Shown here one piece after another: positions 10,193 to 20,213 of a DNA stretch of 64,000 bases. The stretch's first letter is position 1. Each line of letters begins with the position of its first letter. The DNA lies in IMG/VR virus record IMGVR_UViG_3300032242_002802, positions 4,075-68,074 of that record; one strand, written 5' to 3'. The DNA is from a virus. The notes beneath the pieces were generated by a model, which was not told the origin of the DNA, did no database searches, and saw only the letters and a program-made list of their open reading frames with translations. Position numbers and translations under genes: made by a program.

Positions 10193-10951
10193 ATGCAGTA
10201 TTTGAAAAAATTTGAAGAAATTTCCTTTGGAAATCTATTCAATAAAAAGAAGGAAGAAAAACCTCAACCTACTGGTGAAGTAATAATAAGACCAATGAAA
10301 GAGGAAGATGTTGATGATTGTTTAGATTTAAAATATCAATATTTTGGGCATTTTTATGGAGATTTAGATGATCCAATGACTAAAGCATATCATGATAATT
10401 ATGCACTTAGTAAATTAGATTTATCTGTTTCATTAATTGCTGAGATAGATGGTAAAATAGTTGGTGGTTATATTCTTGAGAAAACAGGTCTACCTATGTA
10501 TCCAGGTAATTTTTATGACTTTTCAGGTGAAAAATTAACAGGTGTTGAAGGAGTTTCATTATTTGTGGATCCAAATTATAAATCTGCAGGTATTGGACAT
10601 AAACTTAAATACTATTATAAAGAAAATAAACACCCTGAAATATCTTTCATTTGGGGTATGGCATTTCATGGTTTAAATAATATGAACCACTGGTTAAAAA
10701 CAAGAACTATGTTCAATGACTTATTTGGTGTTTATTACACTATTGAGTTTTATACACCAGGTGGTATAAATAAATATCCAAAAACAAAATATTTGGATTT
10801 TTATGAACAAAATAAAATAAATGTAGTTGATTATATTAATAGTGAATTAAAAAAAGGTAAGAAAGTTAATAGTATTGCATCAGTATTAGTTGATTATGGA
10901 TTTGATAAAAGTGAAGTAATGGAAATAGCAAATTATTGTAAAGAAGAATAA
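10193..10951 (+). CDS. GNAT acetyltransferase, CTS-like N-terminus
   Basis: IIRPMKEED…LFVDPNYKSAGIGHKL acetyl-CoA motif A; MQYLKKFEE. Confidence 0.8.
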   Translation: MQYLKKFEEISFGNLFNKKKEEKPQPTGEVIIRPMKEEDVDDCLDLKYQYFGHFYGDLDDPMTKAYHDNYALSKLDLSVSLIAEIDGKIVGGYILEKTGLPMYPGNFYDFSGEKLTGVEGVSLFVDPNYKSAGIGHKLKYYYKENKHPEISFIWGMAFHGLNNMNHWLKTRTMFNDLFGVYYTIEFYTPGGINKYPKTKYLDFYEQNKINVVDYINSELKKGKKVNSIASVLVDYGFDKSEVMEIANYCKEE

Positions 10952-10953
10952 AA

Positions 10954-11649
10954 ATGAGACATATAAATCAAAATTGTGGTTCATCTTGTGGACCAACATC
11001 ATTAAAAATGATAATGATGGAAGCAGGTTATAAAGACAATCTTGGAATACAAGATATTTTTGGAATGTCACCAACTAAAATTGGTGGAACTCCTTGGCCA
11101 AGAATGTCTAAAATAATAAGAGATTTAGGTATTAAACATAAAGTAATGGCTAATGTATCTTTAGATTATTTTAAAACTGCACCAGAAAATAAAGTTTGGA
11201 TGTTAGCAGTTTATTGTGGTCAAATAAAACATTGGGTTGTTTTACAAGGATATAAAGATAATTATTATTTAATACTTGATCCAGCAGATACTGTTAAAGA
11301 ATATACTAAAAATGAATTATATAGTATATTTGGTAATAGAAACTCATTAGTCATTGAATTTGATTTAGATGATTTCTTAGGTGATTCACCAAATTATGAA
11401 ACTCATGACAAAGATGGTGATTATGTTATGAATTATGTTAATGAATATCAAATGAGATTAACAGAAGATTCAAACTATATATTTGATAAATTAGGTAAAA
11501 AAGTAGATTCAGTTGAAGAGATATTCAAAGGTGATATTGATACTGATTATATCTATGGTGTATTTGATGAAGATGAAGTAATCTATGATAAATATATCTT
11601 TGGTTATTCAAATGATAAAATAATACTTTTAAGATTTAAAGGAGAATAA
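10954..11649 (+). CDS. C39-like (papain-fold) cysteine peptidase
   Basis: Q..SSCGPTSL, HWVVL, ILDPA Cys-His-Asp arrangement. Confidence 0.75.
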   Translation: MRHINQNCGSSCGPTSLKMIMMEAGYKDNLGIQDIFGMSPTKIGGTPWPRMSKIIRDLGIKHKVMANVSLDYFKTAPENKVWMLAVYCGQIKHWVVLQGYKDNYYLILDPADTVKEYTKNELYSIFGNRNSLVIEFDLDDFLGDSPNYETHDKDGDYVMNYVNEYQMRLTEDSNYIFDKLGKKVDSVEEIFKGDIDTDYIYGVFDEDEVIYDKYIFGYSNDKIILLRFKGE

Positions 11650-11678
11650 AAAAAGAGGTGAAAATTCACCTCTTTTTT
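11649..11678. terminator. Bidirectional terminator
   Basis: AAAAAGAGGTGAA-AA-TTCACCTCTTTTT between convergent genes. Confidence 0.8.
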
Positions 11679-12360
11679 ATTCTATTTCATTAAGTATATC
11701 TTTGATAATTGCAAGTTTTTCTTTTGTACCTTCTGTTTTAAATTTCTCATTATCTTTAAAGACTGCAAATGCAAATGAATCTGCAAAATCTTCTCTTGGA
11801 TTTCTACTTGAATAATTTCTACAGAAATCAGCATCTTCTTTATGTACCCAATTTGATTTTTTGGGTCCTGCTAATTCTCTACCTTTTCTTTTCTCAATAT
11901 ATCTTTTATAACCCTCAGGTATTTTTTTATCTCTATCACACTTTTTCCAACCAGATATTGCCTGCCATTTTTTAGAAAAAGAAACTTTGTCTAAATGGTC
12001 AACACAATGACCTATTTCATGAACTATAACAAATACTTTATAAGGTATATCTTTTATTCCATCTTTGAACTCTTTTTTAAACTTAAAAATACTTGGATTT
12101 AATGTCATTTGTTTCTTTTTAGGAGTATCTTTCCATCTTCCATGAACACCACCTAATTTCTCTAAAACAATTTTATCTATTTTACCTTTTATGAAATTAA
12201 CTTTAAAGAATGAAAATGCCTTTTCTAAAATATCTAATTCCTGAGCATTGAATTTTTCATCAAGTTCAAGTTCATACTTCTTTTCAAAATCTAATACTCT
12301 TTTTGACTTCTCTTTAACTTTCTTATTCTCAAATACTTTATATTCTTTTATAAATTTCAT
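11677..12360 (-). CDS. Zincin-like metallopeptidase, CTS-like N-terminus
   Basis: VHEIGHCVD and Y…NPREDFADSF; MKFIKEYKVFEN. Confidence 0.7.
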   Translation of the reverse strand: MKFIKEYKVFENKKVKEKSKRVLDFEKKYELELDEKFNAQELDILEKAFSFFKVNFIKGKIDKIVLEKLGGVHGRWKDTPKKKQMTLNPSIFKFKKEFKDGIKDIPYKVFVIVHEIGHCVDHLDKVSFSKKWQAISGWKKCDRDKKIPEGYKRYIEKRKGRELAGPKKSNWVHKEDADFCRNYSSRNPREDFADSFAFAVFKDNEKFKTEGTKEKLAIIKDILNEIE

Positions 12361-12427
12361 AGTATATATATTAAAATAAATTAAACTTTTTTGGCTTTTT
12401 AATTATAATATATATAATACATTATTA

Positions 12428-12790
12428 GGGGGTGTTACAGAATTGATTTGTGGTCTAATAGTGATTATGCAAGTATCGGGTGGTCTAATGACCGATTAAT
12501 AAATTAGTTGATACAATTTTAAACGGAAACGTAAATCAAGTAGGAACAAGTGAAGATATAGTAGCTTGCTTACAAAACAACATGATCTCTGATCTAGTAG
12601 TAGCTTAATTAAGTTTAAACTATTATGCACAAAAAAGCTGTGTCACCAGTTGAAAAGTGAAACCTTTTTATTAGAGTTTTGAGATTCAAAAACTAAATAT
12701 TTTGTAAGTTAAGAAAAACTTACTAAACTTGTAAATGAATAGTTATTATTAACTGAGAAAGACACGTTGGGCAGTACAACGTCACCTCCA
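12428..12790 (+). ncRNA. ssrA: tmRNA (SsrA)
   Basis: 5' GGGGGTG pairs with 3' CACCTCC-A with a G3.U Ala determinant. T-arm ACGTTG-GGCAGTA-CAACGT. Internal tag ORF 12525-12608 (GNVNQVGTSEDIVACLQNNMISDLVVA*). About 363 nt; CCA not encoded. Confidence 0.9.
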
Positions 12791-12794
12791 CAAC

Positions 12795-12824
12795 AAAAAA
12801 GTCCTTCAATTGAAGGACTTTTTT
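12795..12824. terminator. Bidirectional terminator after tmRNA
   Basis: AAAAAAGTCCTTCAATTGAAGGACTTTTTT palindrome. Confidence 0.85.
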
Positions 12825-13296
12825 ATTTTAACTTAACATATATATCAATATTTTTAATTTTCTTGTTTGTTGTCTTACCTGATAATAATTGTTTTCTATC
12901 ATAGAAAAAATGTGTATGTTTTGTAATATACATTGGAGTTTCAAAATCAACAACCAATTCATCTGCAAAATCTTTTTGATAAGAAGGAATCCAGGATTTA
13001 AGAAAAGTAGGACATATTTCATATTTAATATCTAACATTTCAAAGAATGGTATAAATTCATCTTTGATTTCTCTCCAGTAAAAAGAACGTGCTCTTGCAA
13101 CTGCTCTTAGATGTGGTAAATCAACTTTAATTTTCCTTAATGATATTCTCCAAGCATCACAATTTGGTGTCCATACTATTTTCACTTCAAACCCTTCATC
13201 AAGTAAATAAGCTAAATTCTGATTACAAAACTTTTGTAGTTCATCTTTGATTTCAGAATTACCAAAAGATTCAAAAAACTTTCTTAAATATTTCAT
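12823..13296 (-). CDS. Hypothetical protein, CTS-like N-terminus
   Basis: MKYLRKFFESF; TTAATATATA 4 nt upstream. Confidence 0.75.
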   Translation of the reverse strand: MKYLRKFFESFGNSEIKDELQKFCNQNLAYLLDEGFEVKIVWTPNCDAWRISLRKIKVDLPHLRAVARARSFYWREIKDEFIPFFEMLDIKYEICPTFLKSWIPSYQKDFADELVVDFETPMYITKHTHFFYDRKQLLSGKTTNKKIKNIDIYVKLK

Positions 13297-13314
13297 ATAT
13301 TATATATTAAATAT

Positions 13315-13322
13315 TAATTTTG
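13315..13322 (+). promoter_or_regulatory. Bacteroidota-type -7 promoter element TAnnTTTG
   Basis: TAATTTTG before NADAR; also TACATTTG (about 10162) and TATCTTTG (36491-36498) before genes. Confidence 0.5.
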
Positions 13323-13327
13323 TAATT

Positions 13328-13834
13328 ATGATAAATAGATTTGATGGTAGATATAGTTTTCTTTCAAACTTCTACCCCTGTAAAATAGAACACCAAGGTA
13401 TAACTTACCCATCTGTTGAACACTACTATGTTGCAATGAAATGTAATAGTAATCAAACATTTGATGGAGTATATTATACACCTGTGGATTTTAGAGAAAT
13501 GATTGCAACTATTAAAAGTCCAGGACATGTAAAGAAAATTGGCCAAAGAATTAAAATAAGATCTGACTGGGATTCTAAGAAATTAGAGTTTATGACTTGG
13601 GGTGTTAATGAAAAGTTCAAGGATCCTGCATTAAAAGAAATGTTACTAATGACTGGTGATGTTGATATTGTTGAGGGTAACTGGTGGCATGACATCTATT
13701 GGGGCCAATGTACTTGTGAAAAATGTGCAGGTAAAGGTAAGAATAAGTTAGGTAAACTTTTAATGGAAGTTAGAAGTGAACTAAATGGCACAAAGAAACC
13801 TAACCTTTATGATGTCTTATTTCCAAAAAAATAA
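13328..13834 (+). CDS. NADAR (YbiA-like) family protein
   Basis: FLSNFYPC, YPSVEHYYVAMK, WDSKKLEFM, VEGNWWHDIYWG, GKNKLGKLLMEVR. Confidence 0.9.
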   Translation: MINRFDGRYSFLSNFYPCKIEHQGITYPSVEHYYVAMKCNSNQTFDGVYYTPVDFREMIATIKSPGHVKKIGQRIKIRSDWDSKKLEFMTWGVNEKFKDPALKEMLLMTGDVDIVEGNWWHDIYWGQCTCEKCAGKGKNKLGKLLMEVRSELNGTKKPNLYDVLFPKK

Positions 13835-13878
13835 ACTTTTGGATTCTCAATGCATATAAAAACAAAACAATATAAAAA

Positions 13879-14868
13879 ATGAGTATCATATCATACTTTG
13901 GTGGTAAGGCAAACTTTCAATCCTTTATTACACCTATAATTCCAAAAGATTGTAAAACTTATGTAGAACCATTTTCTGGTTCATTTGCAATTTACTTAGA
14001 TTCTAAATTAGAGTTTGAGAATGTTATCTTTAATGATAGAAATAGACATCAAGCTAATTTGATGCAATGTTGTTCAAGACCAGAAGAGTTTTTGGTTGAA
14101 CTTAAAAAATTAATGGATTTTGGTGGACTTCTTTATACAGAAGAAACTGAATTAGATAAAAAATGGGACTTCTATAAAGGAATTTATAGAACTTATGTTA
14201 CTAATGATTTCTTAGATAATATGGACTTTGAGATTGGTGATTTAAAAGTAGGTGCAATTTATGCCTTTTTAATTACATCAAGTTTCAGTTCTGTTTATCC
14301 AAGAGGTGGTGGTTTCACTGGATTTAAGAAAAAAACAAACAAATTAAATCTACAAATTTTAATCAATAAATTAGAGAAAAACAAATACACTGAAAGATTA
14401 CAAAAGATTAATGAGTTTAATAACTTAGATTTTGAAGATGTTATTAAGATGCATGATGCAGAAGATACTTATATGTATTTAGACCCACCTTATGCTCGTT
14501 TTAATGACATTAAAAATGATGATGATGGTAGAAGACTATTTTGGTATGGATGTGACACAGAGAACACCTTTGGGGTTTCCTCACATAGACGTTTATTAGA
14601 GTTGTTAAAACAATCTAAATGTAGATGGTCATTATCATATTACTACTTTCCTTTATTAGAAGAATTATTACCTAAAGATGAATACTTTTGGACTTCAAAA
14701 GAGTTTCATAGACCATCTGCAGTTATTAAGAATAAAGTAGAAGGTGTTGATAAAGAAAAAGGTGTTGAGTTATTGATTATGAATTACAACCCTGAGACTG
14801 GAGAAAAAATAAAAGTTAATTCAGATGTTCAACAATCAGAACCAGAATGGGATCCATTTAGAGATTAA
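13879..14868 (+). CDS. Dam-like (D12 class) N6-adenine DNA methyltransferase
   Basis: YFGGK, YVEPFSGS, YLDPPY, ELLIMNY. Confidence 0.9.
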   Translation: MSIISYFGGKANFQSFITPIIPKDCKTYVEPFSGSFAIYLDSKLEFENVIFNDRNRHQANLMQCCSRPEEFLVELKKLMDFGGLLYTEETELDKKWDFYKGIYRTYVTNDFLDNMDFEIGDLKVGAIYAFLITSSFSSVYPRGGGFTGFKKKTNKLNLQILINKLEKNKYTERLQKINEFNNLDFEDVIKMHDAEDTYMYLDPPYARFNDIKNDDDGRRLFWYGCDTENTFGVSSHRRLLELLKQSKCRWSLSYYYFPLLEELLPKDEYFWTSKEFHRPSAVIKNKVEGVDKEKGVELLIMNYNPETGEKIKVNSDVQQSEPEWDPFRD

Positions 14869-14872
14869 TAAA

Positions 14873-15550
14873 ATGTTTGATAATATTAAGTTGAGTGATG
14901 TTATAACATTGGATAAAAGTGTTAATACTAACTTTACTAAGTATTCTACATCTGTAAGTGTTGGATTAATAGACTTTCAAGATATGAAAGAACATGTTTA
15001 TAGTGATATTATACAAGCAATTGGAAGAAAATGTGTTAAAGAGTTAATGGATAATTCTATTACTGACTTTTTAGATTTATCAAAATATGATAATGATGTT
15101 GAATTAGTTAAACCTGCAACAGATGAATTGATTGATTATATTATTAACTCTGGTTATAAGAAATGTATATTAAGTTCAATGTTGGCATCAGTTATTCAAG
15201 ATGATATTAGATTTCATTTTAAAGCAATGAATCAGAATATTACTATTAATGGTGCAGATATTTATAGTATAGGTTTTCTATCAACTATTGAATTATTTAT
15301 TGACCCATATATGAGATTTAATGATAATATTGTATTATTAATAAATGATTTGAGATTAAATGTTAACTATATTGATTCTGAAATTAAAAGTGATGCAACT
15401 TTTACACCAAGAATTGTTATAGATTTTAATATGTTTTCATCATATGATAGTAAAATATGTTATGTTGTTGATAAAATGTACTCTAACAATTATAATAAAT
15501 ATCTTGCTGAATTAAGAGATAAAAAAATAGATACTTTATTAAATGATTAA
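14873..15550 (+). CDS. Truncated paralog of the major capsid protein
   Basis: IYSIGFLSTIELFIDPYMRFNDN vs MCP LYPVGSIGDISIYVDPYMRYNDN; ATFTPR vs ATFAPR. Start uncertain (14825 or 14873). Confidence 0.75.
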   Translation: MFDNIKLSDVITLDKSVNTNFTKYSTSVSVGLIDFQDMKEHVYSDIIQAIGRKCVKELMDNSITDFLDLSKYDNDVELVKPATDELIDYIINSGYKKCILSSMLASVIQDDIRFHFKAMNQNITINGADIYSIGFLSTIELFIDPYMRFNDNIVLLINDLRLNVNYIDSEIKSDATFTPRIVIDFNMFSSYDSKICYVVDKMYSNNYNKYLAELRDKKIDTLLND

Positions 15551-15869
15551 AACACATCTTGATAAGATAGTTGACTTAGGTTTTGTTGTTGATATAAGTT
15601 GGAATAGTGATTTTGCTATAGAGTTCTATGATATAGATATACTTGTATTAAGAGCTGTATATGAATCACATGATGATTTTGAAGACTTTATGGAGATTTG
15701 TATTGATATTTTTTATAGTTGGTATAATGAGAATTATAAACTTATAGAAAGATATGAACATTGTCAAGATGATGAAAAGAATGAAATACAAGATAAGTTA
15801 GAAAAAGGTGTATTAGGACATATAACAAAGACTGTTACAAGAGAATTAACACTTAATAAATTAATATAA
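15543..15869 (+). CDS. Hypothetical protein
   Basis: 108-aa ORF ending RELTLNKLI. Confidence 0.7.
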   Translation: MIKTHLDKIVDLGFVVDISWNSDFAIEFYDIDILVLRAVYESHDDFEDFMEICIDIFYSWYNENYKLIERYEHCQDDEKNEIQDKLEKGVLGHITKTVTRELTLNKLI

Positions 15870-15896
15870 AAAAGAGAAGTTTAACTTCTCTTTTTT
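15868..15896. terminator. Bidirectional terminator
   Basis: AAAAAGAGAAGTT-T-AACTTCTCTTTTT. Confidence 0.8.
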
Positions 15897-15897
15897 A

Positions 15898-16251
15898 TTA
15901 TCTCATTAATCCTGCATTTACTAAATCATTTACTATCTCTCTAGCTAATTCAGTTTTTAGATTATCATCATTTGCAACATTTTCTAAATCATACATTTTA
16001 AGATTATTAAGAACTATTTGGTGTGCTGTTAAGTCACTTCCATTTGATTCTTCTAAACTTTCAATAGAATCATCAACTTCATCTGCTGATAAGTCATCCA
16101 TTTTTTTAGTTACATCATTATAATGAAACTTTGTGTTTCTTGGAAATTGTTGTTTATCTGCACTATTTTTAGTGAAGTCTCTTTTTAAGTCTTGAAGTTC
16201 AGCTTGCTCTTCTTCTTTTTTGAAATCTTCAAATTTTACTATTTTTGCCAT
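15898..16251 (-). CDS. Hypothetical protein, CTS-like N-terminus
   Basis: MAKIVKFEDF. Confidence 0.7.
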   Translation of the reverse strand: MAKIVKFEDFKKEEEQAELQDLKRDFTKNSADKQQFPRNTKFHYNDVTKKMDDLSADEVDDSIESLEESNGSDLTAHQIVLNNLKMYDLENVANDDNLKTELAREIVNDLVNAGLMR

Positions 16252-16267
16252 GATATTGTTTATTTTT

Positions 16268-16972
16268 TTATTGATTTTTTAATTTTCTATCTAATAACTT
16301 AGACATATTTGATCCAATTAAATAGTGAATATTTTTAATTGTATCACTTTCTACAGATTCTATTTCATCCATAAATCTAAATTGTAGTTTATATGTATCA
16401 ATATCTTCTGGATCCTCTGTTAAATCTTTATCTATTTTATGAATTGAAAATTCAATATCATAACTATTATTAATATTTATTTTAAAGTCAAATGTAGTTT
16501 TATCACAAGAAACTATTTTAAACTTTGGTTCATACTCTACATCAAAAACAGAGTATTCTGTAATTTTAGCTCTTTTCATATAGTAATTTAAGAACATAGC
16601 AGGTGCTTCAATAAAGTCAGAAAGAATTTGAATATCTTCACCAAAGTTATTTGATTCAATAATATCATCAATACTTTTCTTCATATCAATAATACTATCA
16701 AATTCTATTTTGTGATAAACACAATTTATATCATAAAGATATATAAATGAATTTTCAATAATATTTCTCTTTTCTAAGTCTGTTTTGAAAATAAACTTAG
16801 TATGTATAATAGATATATCTTCTGTTGAAAGTCCTTGTATGCAAATAACTAATTTAAGATAATCACCATCAGATGATTTTTCATAAACTGTTTCAATTGC
16901 ACTTACTACTCCTTCTTCTTCTTTAAATATATCTTTAAAGGCTTCTTCTATCTCAGCTATTCTAATGTTCAT
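16268..16972 (-). CDS. Hypothetical protein
   Basis: 234-aa ORF in an operon. Confidence 0.7.
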   Translation of the reverse strand: MNIRIAEIEEAFKDIFKEEEGVVSAIETVYEKSSDGDYLKLVICIQGLSTEDISIIHTKFIFKTDLEKRNIIENSFIYLYDINCVYHKIEFDSIIDMKKSIDDIIESNNFGEDIQILSDFIEAPAMFLNYYMKRAKITEYSVFDVEYEPKFKIVSCDKTTFDFKININNSYDIEFSIHKIDKDLTEDPEDIDTYKLQFRFMDEIESVESDTIKNIHYLIGSNMSKLLDRKLKNQ

Positions 16973-16974
16973 AA

Positions 16975-17739
16975 TTAATTAAATTGTTTATCATAAGCTT
17001 CTCTTTTAAGCTTCATTATTTTTCCTATATAGTTGTTTCTTCTTAATAATTTGAATACAAGATTTCCTGTTGAGAACTCTCCACCTTCACTATCAAGACC
17101 ACTTTTTCTACTATCTTTTATTTTAGTCCACACTTTTTTAATTTTATCTTTAAGTAATTCATATTTATCTTTTTTTGCTGCTTCTTCTAAGTCATCTATT
17201 TTAGACATTATAGTTTTAGCTTTTTCTTTAATATCTTCTTCATCTGGAACAAAGTCAATCTTTTGAGGTTTCTTAACCCATTTATCTTTTAATATAGAAT
17301 AAGCTCCACCAATTTTACCTGTTTCAATTCCTTCATTTAATGAATTAATATCTTGTAACATTATTTCAACATCATATCCTTTTATTTGAATTTCATGTTC
17401 ACCATTCCACATTTTTTTGGCATAGTCACAATACTTTTCAACTAATTCAACATTTTCATCAATATCAGAATGTCTTATAATAACATGTAAGTCAAAGTCA
17501 GAATATTTTTCAGACCAGTTATAATTACATAAAGATCCACAGAATATAATATCAAGTACATCTGCTTCTAATTCTAAGTCACTATAAAAGTCTTCACCTA
17601 TTTGTAACAATTCTCTTCTTATTTCATCATCTAATTCAAATCCATCCCATACTTTAGGATTCAATTCATCTTTTAACTGAAATGATTTTACTGGTTCTAA
17701 ATCAGCTTGTACAAATTCAAAATATTTTTCTATCTTCAT
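16975..17739 (-). CDS. Pol-beta-superfamily nucleotidyltransferase
   Basis: GSLCNYNWS…SDFDLHV (GS…DxD) plus a third acidic strand DVEIMLQD; N-terminus MKIEKYFEF. Confidence 0.75.
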   Translation of the reverse strand: MKIEKYFEFVQADLEPVKSFQLKDELNPKVWDGFELDDEIRRELLQIGEDFYSDLELEADVLDIIFCGSLCNYNWSEKYSDFDLHVIIRHSDIDENVELVEKYCDYAKKMWNGEHEIQIKGYDVEIMLQDINSLNEGIETGKIGGAYSILKDKWVKKPQKIDFVPDEEDIKEKAKTIMSKIDDLEEAAKKDKYELLKDKIKKVWTKIKDSRKSGLDSEGGEFSTGNLVFKLLRRNNYIGKIMKLKREAYDKQFN

Positions 17740-17749
17740 ATTCTATATA

Positions 17750-19138
17750 TTAATTATAAACTCTTATTTCTATTGGTGTATTAGATAAAACATCATCTAC
17801 TGGATATGTATTTCTATCAAATACTTGTATATTTATAGTATCTATACTATCATTACTTGATATATTTATAGTATTGTAATCATTGTTCAAAACAGGTGTA
17901 ATGCTAGTAAATGTTTTATTTAATATAAATGCACCATTTAATGTTGCATTGTAATCACCAGTATCAACTCTTGACCATGTTATATTTCCAATAGTATTCT
18001 CTAATACTATTGCAGTAGGAGATGCAGTTCCTGATTGTGTTAATAAAGCAGTATAAACTCTATATGTTGTTTTTGTTATAGAAATTAATTCAACTTCACC
18101 AAAATTCTCAACTGCACCATAAGTACCAATTATTAATTGACCATTTGCAATATTTATTCTACCATAGTTTACTATAGTTCCATCAACTGTTAAATCACCA
18201 TAAACCCAGTATTGACAATATTGAGGTATGACCACATAGTCATTTGGTTCTATATAATACTTTATATTAAATGCATCATTAGAATAGTTTTTAATAAATT
18301 GAAAACAATCTGCATTAACATCATAAGACAATGTGTAAATATTATCAGGTTGTATATCATATATCATTAAATCTACTAATCCATTAATAGATGGTTTTTT
18401 AACACTTTTATAACCAATACCATTTATGTTTACTGAAACATTTTGTGAATTTGCCATATCAAATTTAGATAAAAATATAGCATCACTCTCATATATACTA
18501 AACTGAGGGGTTGTTGCTGTTGAATAAAGTGAACCATCACCAGTAAAATCAACTGAATAAACTTGTGTTAATTTCTCTTTATTCCATTGTCCTGTTGAAT
18601 AAGTACCTTCATATTTATAAAGTGAATTATCTTGATCATCAACTCTAACAGTCATTCCATTTGTAGGTATTGTATTAGTCCAATTTGTTGTAGATGAGTT
18701 ATATTCTGATATAAAACCACCTGGGTTTCCTGCCCAAGGAGAACCAATTACAGATGAAAATTGATTAATACCTACTAAATATCTATCACCATCATTAGGT
18801 GAAGTAGGTATTGTAGTAACTATTGATTTAACTGAACTTTGCCACTCATTATTTGTAGCACTTACACCATTATATTCAACCCAGTTAAGATTATTTAATA
18901 AATCAGTATCAACATTATTATATTTTAGTTGATAAGTTTTATTATTAGGATTATCATTATAAACAGTGACCAACATACCCCATTGTCTTCTTTGGATAAT
19001 TATGCTATCTCTTTCTGATAGAGTTTCATATCCATGAGCACCACCTTTAATCTCATTTGCATAAGCTGTTGAGATTAAATCTAAAGAGTCATTTGGACGA
19101 ATTGCTGCTGATATTAAAGTTCCTGTATTTTGTGACAT
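17750..19138 (-). CDS. Probable virion structural (fibre/appendage) protein
   Basis: Thr/Asn/Gly-rich beta composition; PTSPNDGDRYLV…W motif; Y-ALLTQSGT-P module. Confidence 0.55.
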   Translation of the reverse strand: MSQNTGTLISAAIRPNDSLDLISTAYANEIKGGAHGYETLSERDSIIIQRRQWGMLVTVYNDNPNNKTYQLKYNNVDTDLLNNLNWVEYNGVSATNNEWQSSVKSIVTTIPTSPNDGDRYLVGINQFSSVIGSPWAGNPGGFISEYNSSTTNWTNTIPTNGMTVRVDDQDNSLYKYEGTYSTGQWNKEKLTQVYSVDFTGDGSLYSTATTPQFSIYESDAIFLSKFDMANSQNVSVNINGIGYKSVKKPSINGLVDLMIYDIQPDNIYTLSYDVNADCFQFIKNYSNDAFNIKYYIEPNDYVVIPQYCQYWVYGDLTVDGTIVNYGRINIANGQLIIGTYGAVENFGEVELISITKTTYRVYTALLTQSGTASPTAIVLENTIGNITWSRVDTGDYNATLNGAFILNKTFTSITPVLNNDYNTINISSNDSIDTINIQVFDRNTYPVDDVLSNTPIEIRVYN

Positions 19139-19154
19139 TTCTATTCTATATTTT

Positions 19155-20135
19155 TTAGCTTATTATAATATTTAATGGTGAGTTTTGTGCAGTATTACTT
19201 ACCCAAACTTCATAATTTGTTGACGCACCATTTGAATTAGTAAATGACCAACCTGTTTTTACTTTTGTAAATGCAGTATTTGGTAAACCATTTACATTAA
19301 ATGTTGGTGAAGTTGATCCACTTACTGAACTTGGCCAAGCAAATATTAAATAATTACCACCTCCATTAATACTTGTATATGTTTTACTTTTTGTTGTACT
19401 TAGTTGACTATTCAATCCTAATATTATTGAGTTTGTTACTGCAGTAGTTACATAAGAAGTATATGATGGATTTAATGTTAAGTCTGGATTAGGATAAGTA
19501 AGACCACTAAGGTCAATAGTACCCCAGTATATTTTATTCATCCAAGTTATTGTTGCACTTGTTGATGTGGTTTCAGTACCATCATTTACATTCATTGTAA
19601 AAGTATTTGTTGTACTTGAAGGTAAAGGGAAACTATAGGTTCCTGTAACAATTCTTGTTCCTGTTTGAGAATTTCCTGTTATACCACCAATAGTTGAACC
19701 ATCAATAACAACACTTAATATTGTATTTGAACTTTTAGTTACAGACCAATTAAGATTTTGAACTAAACTTTGTCCATATTCTTTTTGGATATTTGGTGTA
19801 AGTGATATTGTAGGTGGTGTGTAAGGATAGAAAATTGCATCAAACATTTGTTGAATTGTTTGTGGTGTTGGAAATGTTGTTCCTGAACTAACTCCACCAA
19901 CTGAAATTGTTGTTGGATTTGTATTCATATATGTTGTAGGTGTAGCTGATGCTGATGCAACAATAACACTTAAATCATTTATTCTTTCCCAAAGAGTAAA
20001 TACAGAATCTCTAACATCTTTGGCTTTAACTAAATTTGTGGTATTATTAGGGATTTGATTTAATAAATCAGCAACCTGATCATAACGAAATGATTCAATA
20101 GTACTTCCAGTTCCATATCCATATAAAAGAGCCAT
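19155..20135 (-). CDS. Probable virion structural protein
   Basis: Ser/Thr-rich, beta-strand-like; late motif upstream. Confidence 0.55.
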   Translation of the reverse strand: MALLYGYGTGSTIESFRYDQVADLLNQIPNNTTNLVKAKDVRDSVFTLWERINDLSVIVASASATPTTYMNTNPTTISVGGVSSGTTFPTPQTIQQMFDAIFYPYTPPTISLTPNIQKEYGQSLVQNLNWSVTKSSNTILSVVIDGSTIGGITGNSQTGTRIVTGTYSFPLPSSTTNTFTMNVNDGTETTSTSATITWMNKIYWGTIDLSGLTYPNPDLTLNPSYTSYVTTAVTNSIILGLNSQLSTTKSKTYTSINGGGNYLIFAWPSSVSGSTSPTFNVNGLPNTAFTKVKTGWSFTNSNGASTNYEVWVSNTAQNSPLNIIIS

Positions 20136-20213
20136 AGATTAATTTGTTTTTATGTATATATTAAAATATTATTTCCATAAAAATAAAAAAGAGAGTCAAA
20201 CTCTCTTTTTATA

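Noticed and set aside
12761-12793. Stand-alone tRNA
   Set aside because: This is the 3' tRNA-like end of the tmRNA; no separate cloverleaf tRNA was seen in the window
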